A stretch of DNA of 16,290 bases from Octopus sinensis. Lineage: Eukaryota. The stretch spans positions 1-16,290 of the forward strand of contig NW_021825222.1 in NCBI RefSeq assembly GCF_006345805.1. The letters are read 5' to 3'. This document shows positions 7,981-16,290 of this stretch, one piece after another (the first letter of the stretch is position 1; every line of letters begins with the position of its first letter). The notes under the pieces are model-generated. The model saw nothing but the letters and a program-made list of their open reading frames with translations, was not told the DNA's origin and did no database searches. The translations under genes were made by a program, and so were the position numbers.

Positions 7981-8512
7981 AATTCATAAATGAGGGCAAA
8001 GGAAAAAATTTCTAATGCCAAATATGCCGACAAATTGGACATATTGTCCATTAACCATATAATTTTTCTCCCAGTACGCATGCTACTCGAAAAAAGGTTG
8101 ACAGAAATTTCTAAAAAATTCCATTATTACCATATCGGACCGATTTCAGAGTTAGCTACTAAGAGCCCTCTCTTCGTCAGTGATACATGTGGCAAAGAAA
8201 GAATGATGATACTACTCATACCCATGGAAGAAGCAAATACTAAGTCATGGGCACAACTAAGTACCCCAAATACATCCAAGATAGAAATACTCCAGCCCAT
8301 TTGAGAAACGTGCGATTTGAACTGAGGCTCTCACAGAGTGAGATAGTTAGTCCGCAAGTGAACGCTTAAATTTATATTTATATCAAATGTGAGGACAAAA
8401 TTTGTTTTCCAAAAAAGTATAGTGAAAAAATTATATGGTTAATGGACAATATGTCCAATTTTTCGGCATATTTGGCATTAGAAATTTTTTCCGTTGCCTT
8501 CATTTATGAATT
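7981..8512 (-). mobile_element. 532-bp element with 87-bp terminal inverted repeats (7981-8067 / 8426-8512) enclosing a hammerhead
   Basis: The inverted repeats differ at 3 positions. No obvious TSD. (TA)n on the right. Internal hammerhead at 8128-8185. Confidence 0.75.
8128..8185 (-). ncRNA. Type I hammerhead ribozyme motif HHR-6 (AUA triplet)
   Basis: Minus strand reads TATCA-CTGACGA-AGAG.AG.GGCT.CTTAGT.AGCT.AA.CTCT-GAA-ATCG.GTC.CGAT-A-TGGTA: 5-bp helix I, bipartite helix II, 4-bp helix III, all core nucleotides present. Confidence 0.8.
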
Positions 8513-8531
8513 ATATATATATATATATATA

Positions 8532-10817
8532 CTAGCAGAATTGCCCGGCGATGCTCGGGGCTGAATTGCTTGAAAGTACTGTTAATGATTGCACTGAATT
8601 ATGATGATTATTCAGGCAAATATTGATATAAGTTTACGGTGGGAGATAAGGACTTAACAATCAAACGTGTGCCATTGCATTATTTTGGGGGAACCAAATT
8701 TCTAATGAGCATTACAGGGGCACCAACTTTAAGTTTGAGAATGTGTGGTGGTAGTCCGGGGTGCTCAAAGGAATTGAGTACCTCTATTGGATAGTTGATG
8801 ACGTCCTCTGGGTCAGGAGTTGTATCGATAGACTTATATACATAGACTTCCCCAGGAATGAGTTTTAGCATTTCATCATTAATATGGTGAGCAGTTTTAT
8901 TCCTCGGGGCCAGAATAGCCCTTTGGCCAATCCAATCCATATTCTGATAATTTGCTTGTAGATCTGGGAACACTGCATCTCTGAGATCAGAAGGCGTTTT
9001 AACAATGGTACAAATGGAATCGATGGCAATATTACCATTTTCATCCCCTGGTATTTTGCCTTCGCCAAGTGCAAGGAGGGTGTGAGAAAATGCTGCTGAT
9101 GTGATGTTACGTCGCATATGAGCACGCATATTGGTGTGAAGTTTGAGAGTCTTCACCAGTGGCCACAATGTGGATGACTTAAGACACGCATTTACTGCAT
9201 CAGCTCTAGTCCCTTTGGGAATAACGGGAAGTGTTTGTCGGAAGTCCCCTGAAAGAAGAAGTGTTATGCCTCCCATGGGAGCTGAAGAGTGTTTGATGTC
9301 TCTGAGAGATCTATCTAGTGCCTCAAGAGCACCTCTGTGGGCCATCGTGCATTCATCCCAAACGATAAGCTTGCATCGTCTGAAGACTTCTGCCTGATCG
9401 GAGCTGTTACTGATGTTGCAAGTTGGTGTCTCAGTCTTCGCTAAGTCAAGTGGAAGCTTGAAAGTGGAGTAAGCTGTCCTGCCGCCTGGCAACAAAGTAG
9501 CCGCAATTCCAGATGATGCCACAGCTAGGGCAATGCCTTGTGTTCGCCTAATCTCAGCCAATATTAATTTGTTGAGAAAAGTTTTCCCAGTGCCCCCAGG
9601 AGCGTCCAGAAAAAATATACACACAGCTTTGGCCCGGACTGAATTAACAATGGAGTTGTAAGCGAACTTCTGTTCTGGAAGGAGCTTTGGCTCATTGTCA
9701 GCTATGTACTTGGCAAGCTCGTCAACATTAAAATATGTCTCACGCAGCAAATGTGAAGACAGAGTGTTTGTGCCTTCCCGGTTTGTTGAAGGTAGGCCAT
9801 AGACTGGCAAGGCCATAGACCGGGTAGATATAGTATGCATGTATATATATATGTATATATATATGTGTACATATTACATGTACATCTATATCTATATATA
9901 TACATCTACACATAAAATACAAAATAGAAAGTTATATCTTGATATCGCTAGTGATAACAATACTCAAAATATATAACAGACTGGAATTGTAGGCCCGTCT
10001 CTTGCAATTTCGATCAATTGGATCTTGTATAGAAGTGTATGGCTGCAGCGAAATTCATTTTTGGACTTTCTTCTATCGAAGGCATTTTAACAAAAATGCT
10101 TCCGTAAAGACGGTGAAAATATTGTCAATTTCCCCAAACAGGGACACAATTCAATTTTAAAACAATAACCAAAGCCCCTTCTCCGAAAGGGGGAGGGTTA
10201 CGATTTACAATTATTTAACAAATGCAACACAACAACGTTTCCCTGACGAGGAACCAACAAACGTGATTACAATAGTCAAACAGTAATAATAATAACAACA
10301 AACCTTTTTAATGTATCCCCATTTATGTGAAACCACTTATTCAAGTTCAAGTCATTGATGCAATTTTATACGAATTGCTAATACCACACACATAATAAGG
10401 GTGAAAAATTGAAACTAATTTGATTAATATGAATTGAAAACCAGTGGTGTAGCATATAAGACCACAGCGGATCTTCTTCTAGCAAAAAGGATGACCAGTA
10501 TTAATTGCTCATCCCTTTTATATAAATACTTTCACTTTAATCATTGCACACTTGCAAAGAGAAAGGAGGAGAAAGTGTAGTGGTAATGGTAGGAGTGAAG
10601 CACTTGAAATGAAAGAGGGAAATCAGAAAATATTTACTTTTCTCGAATTTTTGCTTAATTAGGGGTGAAATTGAAAAAACTTTACATGCCACGACCTGAT
10701 GGAATCTACTTGTAAAAATGATAGGTAAATTCCAATTGAAGAAATTCTATATTGTAGAATTGTATAAAAAACAAACGGTTTGGGAGGCAGAGAAAATCTG
10801 CCTTTTATCATAGGAGA
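8532..10817 (-). mobile_element. Internally deleted Helitron
   Basis: 3' end: GC-rich hairpin 8543-8561 then CTAG (8535-8532) followed by T. Candidate 5' end: A|TC at 10817 (TCTCCTATGATAAAAGGCAGA...). Contains a PIF1 helicase fragment. The 5' end assignment is less certain than the 3' end. Confidence 0.7.
8626..9818 (-). pseudogene. Helitron RepHel PIF1-type (SF1B) helicase fragment
   Basis: Walker A FFLDAPGGTGKTF, AVASSGIAATLL, Walker B LIVWDECTM, GDFRQTLPV, LAPRN, and MLIRNLVPPK*CNGTRL with an in-frame stop. No Rep domain; C-terminal motifs are missing. Confidence 0.92.
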
Positions 10818-10885
10818 TATATATATATAATACACACACATATAATACATCTATTATACATATATTATATGTATATACATATATA

Positions 10886-11188
10886 CAATCACCGTGACCG
10901 ACCAGGCTATCAGATGTTGCTACACATCGCTGGTCACAATGCGCTTCGCATTGTTTTAGCCTTCAAATGACGCCACCCCGCTGGCTAAGCGAGCAGGCCA
11001 ACAGAAGAAAGAGTGAGAGAAAGTTTTGGCGAAAGAGTACAGCAGGGATCGCCACCCTCCCTGCTGGAGCTGCATAGAGCTTTAAGTGTTTTCGCTCAAT
11101 AAACTCTCACAATGCCCGGTCTGGGAATCGAAACCGCGATCCTACAACCGTGAGTCCGCTGCCCTAACCACTGGGCCATTGTGCCTCC
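10886..11188 (-). mobile_element. tRNA-derived SINE
   Basis: Minus strand begins GGAGGCACAA-TGGCCCAGTGG (A box)...GGTTTCGATTCCC (B box), followed by a CORE-like TTGAGCGAAAACACTTAA segment; ~300 bp, ends in an AT tract. Recalls octopus OR-type SINEs (from memory). Confidence 0.85.
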
Positions 11189-11256
11189 ACTCATATATAC
11201 AATATAGATACATAACATATAAACACACACACACACACACATATATACATAAATTG

Positions 11257-11572
11257 ATGAATGAATTATTCTTTGTTTACCGTTAATATGGAAAATTCAA
11301 TAAACGGTTACCAGGGTAGCAAAATTCATGCAAGTAACAAGGATGTAGCGACCTATTCAAAGGTAGAAACTCCGGGTTAATGTGCAGTAATTTGTGTAGT
11401 ATAAGTAAATAAATGGAGTTGAATGCAGATGTTATTCGAATTCTTTTATATTCGACATATGTTTCAAAGACAACATTGGTTTTATTCCAAAGGAATAAAC
11501 GGGGTAAAATAATGCAATCTTCCCATCAGGAAAGAAAGAGAACCTATCTCAACAAGACATTGTATTTACTTA
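11257..11572 (-). mobile_element. Hammerhead-containing repeat E4 (near-identical copy of E3)
   Basis: 7 substitutions and a 3-nt indel versus 1058-1376. Confidence 0.75.
11451..11532 (-). ncRNA. Hammerhead motif HHR-4 with core mutation A9G (likely inactive)
   Basis: Same as HHR-3 except core CTGATGG (position 11523) and one loop II change. Confidence 0.65.
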
Positions 11573-11649
11573 TATATATATATATATAAAAATTTGCCGA
11601 TAAGGAAAAATTTGCCAATGTTCTGTGCCGTGAGGACCAAAGACTGGAG

Positions 11650-12543
11650 GTGTGGAAACAAGGATTAGAATCGAAGGGCCTTAGAGTCAATCTAGCTAAA
11701 ACCAAAGTCCTAATAAGTAAGAAGGTAGACAAATCACAAATGCCTTCAGGTAGATGGCCCTGCTCAATCTGTAGAAAAGGTGTAGGTAGAAACTCTATAA
11801 GATGCACCAAGTGTAAGCTATGGATACATAAGAGGTGCAGCAATGTCAAAGGAAGGCTAACTAGGAAAATAGTTTTCGTATGTGGCAGATGCTCAGGAGC
11901 AATAAACATTGAAAATGCTCTGAGACCAACTTCTGCCACTTTCCAGGGAGAAAAACTAGAAATAGTTGATAGTTTCCGTTACCTAGGTGACCAAGTCAGT
12001 AGCAGGGGCTGGTGTGCTGAAAGTGTAAATGCTAGAGTAAGAATAGCTTGGGCAAAGTTCAGAGAGCTCTTACCTCTGCTGGTGACAAAAGGTCTCTCGC
12101 TCAGAGTAAAAGGCAGATTGTATGACGCGCGTGTACAAACAGCCATGCTACATGGCAGTGAAACATGGGCCGTGACTGCTGAGGATATGCGTAAGCTTGC
12201 AAGAAATGAAGCCAGTATGCTCCGATGGATGTGTAATGTCAGTGTTCATACTCGACAGAGTGTAAGTACCTTGAGAGAAAAGCTGGACCTAAGAAGCATC
12301 AGATGTGGTGTGCAAGAGAGACGTTTGCGCTGGTACGGCCATGTGGCGAGAATGGATGAAGATAGTTGTGTGAAAAAGTGCCACACCCTAGTGGTTGAAG
12401 GAACCTGTGGGAGAGGCAGACCCAGGAAAACCTGGGACGAGGTGGTGAAGCACGACCTTCGAACTTTAGGTCTCACTGAGGAAATGACTAGAGACCGAGA
12501 TCTATGGAAGTATGCTGTGCGTGAGAAGACTCGGCAGGACTAG
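11650..12543 (+). pseudogene. C-terminal part of RTE ORF (RT thumb region with PHD-like finger)
   Basis: GLRVNLAKTKVL, FRYLG, AMLHGSETW, RLRWYGHVARM and GRGRPRKTW are typical of RTE RT C-termini. N-terminally truncated; the listed start is GTG. Confidence 0.9.
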
Positions 12544-12823
12544 TGAGACCATTACCCGTGGCCTCTCTACCGGGGATGTAGCCAGTCAACTTATGCATGC
12601 CTTTCCTTCTTGGGACACAAAACTCTACTTGTGAAGACCCGTTGAGGCAAGTGGAAATTTAAATCTAAATCAAAATCAAATGAAATCAAATCAAATCAGA
12701 AATCAGAACCAAAATCTAAGTTGATCAATATCAATGGAAATTGCAGCTGTGATACCAGTGCCAGTGACACGAAAGCATACAATCTGATAGTGTCCATGGC
12801 CAGCGCCAACCTGTCTGGCCTCC

Positions 12824-13100
12824 GTGCCGGTGGCACGTAAAAAGCACCATCCGATCATGGCTGTTGGCAGCCTCGCCTGGCCCCTGTGCCGGTGGCACGT
12901 AAGAAGCACCACCCGACTGTGTCCGTTGCCAGCGCCGCCCCGATTGGCCTCCGTGCCGGTGGCACGTAAAATGCACCATCCAATCGTGGCCATTGCCAGC
13001 CTAGCCTGGCCCCCGTGCCGGTGGCACGTAAAAAGCATCATCCGTCCGTGGCTGTTTGCCAGCCCCGTCTGGCACCTGTGCGTGTGGCATGTAAAAAGCA
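12824..13100 (+). repeat. Five ~62-67-bp tandem subrepeats with a GTGCC-GGT-GGCAC hairpin
   Basis: Units start at 12824, 12886, 12953, 13015 and 13078. Related units occur in 2600-3520 and 5970-6070. Confidence 0.9.
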
Positions 13101-13282
13101 CCCACTACACTCTCGGAGTGGTTGGCGTTAGGAAGGGCATCCTGCCGTAGAAACACTGCCAGATCAGACTGGGCCTGGTGCAGCCTTCTGACTTCCCAGA
13201 CCCAAGTTGAACCGTCCAACCCATGCTAGCATGGAAAGCGGACGCTAAATGATGATGATGATGATATTATATATATATATAT

Positions 13283-13347
<65 letters not shown>

Positions 13348-13438
13348 CATATATATCTATATATATTATATTAAATTAGAGATAAAACCAATATTAGGCA
13401 TTTTTTCCCTGTAAGTTTGGATTTTTTCCCTAATATTT

Positions 13439-13494
<56 letters not shown>

Positions 13495-14464
13495 TTCATT
13501 ACTCTCTAGCCTCTACTCCCCCTCTAGACCTCAGAACGAAGATGGCACCAAAGTGGGTGGGAAAAGAAAGAGTTAAATCTTCTGCAGAGGGCATGGACGA
13601 TTGCTAGTGGCGATCCGCCGAACAACGTCATCACTGCCGCACTAAAAAACAATGGTTTTCATAGAACTATTGACCAGATAGAGCGGAAGAAAAATGAGTT
13701 TATCCGGTCTTAAATGCTTATAAGACCACACATCAAAACACTGGACAACATAATCGAAAGATTATTGTGGCAAAGCTGATGAGGATGAAGAGGAAGAAAA
13801 GAGAAGGAAGCGGAAGTCTCTGTGATCCAGGGGTTCCTCAGGAAAATGGATCACCTACCCCTGTGAACGACCAGGTAGTGAAGGATAGGGGAGCCAAGGG
13901 AGCAGAAACCGGAAGCCCCCCCCCCTCCATACCAGTGGTCCCACGAAGAAATGAAAAATAGAAAAAACAGAGGAAAAGGAAGGACCGAAAACAAAAATAG
14001 GGAGGGAAAAAGGCAAAAAAAACCAAAGCTGAAACCCCGACCCCAGACACAAACAGCAGAGGACCCTGGAGGATCCAATGCCCCCCAGTACACTTCAGGA
14101 AAGAAGAAATATGGAAGGCACCGAAGAACCTGTAAGTTCTACCTGCGGGGCAAATGTTGGATGGTGAGGACGGCAAAAACTGCCGGTTCGCGACCACCCG
14201 ACACCCCGCCAGAAACTTCAGGGCACTCAAGAGAAGAGCTTTACCGAGGGAACACAAGAAATGTCTCCCAGGAAAACTTTCGAAAACGAAGTGCGCTCCT
14301 CAGATGTTCTGCGCAAGGCAGCAGCTGAGCAAGAGTCTTTTTTATGCATGGCGCAAAGAATTGTCCGGCAGCTAACCTGGCTACACCAAGCACAGAGAAG
14401 GAACCCTGCAAGACCACCAGTCAACAGACACAGGATGGCCTCCTCTAACGCCTGCGCAGCCGTC

Positions 14465-15140
14465 ACCCCAATACTTTTACTAAATATTGGGGGCTTGTTG
14501 CATCAAAATAGAAACAAAATTTCCTTCATGAGAGATCTTACTGCATGCAATCAAGCCCTATGCATAGCACTTGTGGAAACTCACCTCAACCCTGATATAG
14601 AGGATGCAGAAGTACACATAGCAAACTATGCCATACTGCGAACAGACAGAAGGGAAAGGAGCCATGGTGGAGTTGCTGTATACATCCGAGATGACCTCAC
14701 ACCCCAGGTCTTGATGACATACTCAAATTTGGTATGTGACACCTTAATTGTATACATAAGACAACATAATATGGTCATATGCAATACATATTGCCCACCA
14801 GATGCCCCAAATCACATAGGCAAGTTTGAGGATTGCCTCACAAGAATTAAAGAAATCCTCATGAATCTGGAACACCACGTGACCATATTTCTTATGGGTG
14901 ATTTCAACTTCCCCAACGTCAAATAGCCCAAAGGTCACATACTCTCAGGAATGAATCATTGCAAGCAAGTACAGGTGGAGTCCCTGCTCAACCTCACCAA
15001 TGCCTTATTCATGGAGCAAGTTGTACTCAAGCCAACTAGGGCGAATAACATTCTGGATCTCTGCTTCACGAACAATATGGACATCATTCATGATGTGAAA
15101 GTGACACAGACATCAGTTTCGGATCACAACATAATAGAGC
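14465..15140 (+). pseudogene. Apurinic/apyrimidinic-like endonuclease domain of LINE ORF2
   Basis: Spread over ORFs 14261-14926 and 14951-15313, with an in-frame TAG after GDFNFPNVK. Confidence 0.9.
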
Positions 15141-15839
15141 TGTCTATGTTTGGGCCGAAAGTAACCAGAGACATACAGCCTAAAGGAAGCACCCGAAATC
15201 TCTCCAATCTGAACTTCCTCAAAGCAGATTGGAAATCGATCCAAAAAGGGATCCTCAGAGAGGACTGGCCGGAATGTCTCTCCACACCAGACATTGACAT
15301 GAAACTAGAATGATTCATGTCTTCTGTGCAAGCCGTATGCCAGAAATATCCCATAGCACAAGGCCAAACAAATAGGAGCAAGATTCCAAGAGACGAAGAT
15401 CCTCATGAGACGATGGAAGAAGGTTGCAAATCGTCTCAACAACATCCCAAAAGTAGCGAAACGTCCGTCCTAAAAACAATACTGATGGAGATCGAACAAA
15501 GGCTGCAACAATCTATGTGAAGTAGAAAGCAGACAAAGAAACCTGGGTTATAAAAAACATTCAATCAAACCCAAAGGCCTTCTTTCATTACGCGAAGAAA
15601 CAGTCTCAGCGCACTACAAGATAGGACCCCTCCCCAAAAGGATGGCTCCCTCACAGACAGTCCAACTAAGATCAGTGAGATGCTGAATGACCAGTTCAAA
15701 AGTGTCTTTAACACCATGTTGAACACAGACAAATGAACGAACCAGTGGACTTCTTTGCCGCACACCTATAACCAGCGAGGCGGTTACAATAGAATGTATT
15801 GACATTAGCGAAAAAGATGTCCTACTAGCCATTGATGAA

Positions 15840-16290
15840 GTGGAGACAAACGTATCTGCTGGTCCAGATGGTTTCCCAGCCATCCTCCTCAAAGTGTGTA
15901 AGCATGCTCTGGCAAAACCCCTCAAGATTCTCTTCCAGAGCTTTCTTGCGAATGGCAAACTACCAAGCAAGCTGAAGGAGGGAATAATATGCCCAATACA
16001 TAAAGGGGGAAGTAGAGCAGATGCCAAAAACTATAGGCCTATCTCTCTGACTTCACACATCAGCAAAGTCATGGAACGGATAGTCAGAAAGAAACTAATC
16101 GTATTCCTTGAGGAAAATAACTTGCTGAGTGATGCCCAGCATGGTTTTCGACCAGGTACGAGCTGCCTGGCCCAGCTCTTACAACATCAAATGTGGACGT
16201 AATCTACCTTGATTTTGCAAAAGCTTTTGACAAGGTGGATCATAGTATGATATGCCACAAACTACGTGACCTCGGCATAGCTGGAAAACT
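15840..16290 (+). pseudogene. N-terminal reverse transcriptase domain of LINE ORF2
   Basis: SAGPDGFP...KNYRPISLTSHISKVMERIV...QHGFRPG; after a frameshift, YLDFAKAFDKVDH. Confidence 0.92.

Larger units (their letters stand above)
11640..13265 (+). mobile_element. 5'-truncated RTE-clade LINE
   Basis: C-terminal ORF, 3' UTR with ~62-67-bp subrepeats, terminal hairpin at 13221-13234, (GAT)n tail at 13251-13265. Confidence 0.9.
13492..16290 (+). mobile_element. Degenerate CR1/Jockey-group LINE (ORF1 remnant, APE, start of RT), continuing beyond the window
   Basis: APE motifs LNIGG, VETHL, GGVAVY, MGDFNFP, DLCFT, SDHN. RT motifs SAGPDG, NYRPISLTS, QHGFRPG, YLDFAKAFDKVDH. Many stops and frameshifts. 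The 5' boundary is approximate. Confidence 0.9.

Noticed and set aside
7990-8304. 104-aa ORF inside the inverted-repeat element
   Set aside because: Starts within the repeat arm, runs antisense to the hammerhead and has no recognisable motif.
10243-10249. CTGACGA hammerhead-like core
   Set aside because: No helix II followed by GAAA. The same applies to CTGANGA matches at 2759, 5348, 6620, 7220-7226 (minus), 13776 and others inside coding relics.
11100-11188. tRNA gene
   Set aside because: A and B boxes are present, but the acceptor and anticodon stems are not convincing and it continues into a SINE body.
12824-13100. CRISPR-like array of palindromic GTGCCGGTGGCACGTAA repeats (also 2600-3520)
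   Set aside because: The apparent spacers are homologous to each other, there are no cas genes, and the array lies in a eukaryotic LINE 3' UTR; it is a minisatellite.
11544-14466. Antisense ORFs over LINE coding regions (e.g. 11544-11939, 12246-12476, 13838-14257)
   Set aside because: Shadow ORFs of the LINE frames.

Overview
Eukaryotic, AT-microsatellite-rich DNA with no recognisable host gene, made almost entirely of mobile-element sequence. The repeat families resemble those I recall from octopus/coleoid cephalopod genomes; this taxon is an inference. Conventional content: several 5'-truncated RTE-clade LINE copies with tandem-repeat 3' UTRs and (GAT)n tails, a degenerate CR1/Jockey-group LINE running off the right end, a second RT fragment of that group, an internally deleted Helitron with both termini and a PIF1 helicase fragment, and a tRNA-derived SINE. 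The unusual signal is a set of short non-coding fold-back/inverted-repeat elements carrying type I hammerhead ribozyme motifs: six motifs, three with intact cores and good cleavage triplets. One fold-back apex lies at the predicted ribozyme cleavage site. With a decayed GIY-YIG-like relic nearby, this suggests a family of non-autonomous, ribozyme-bearing Penelope-like/retrozyme-like elements. All alignments and RNA folds were done by eye.
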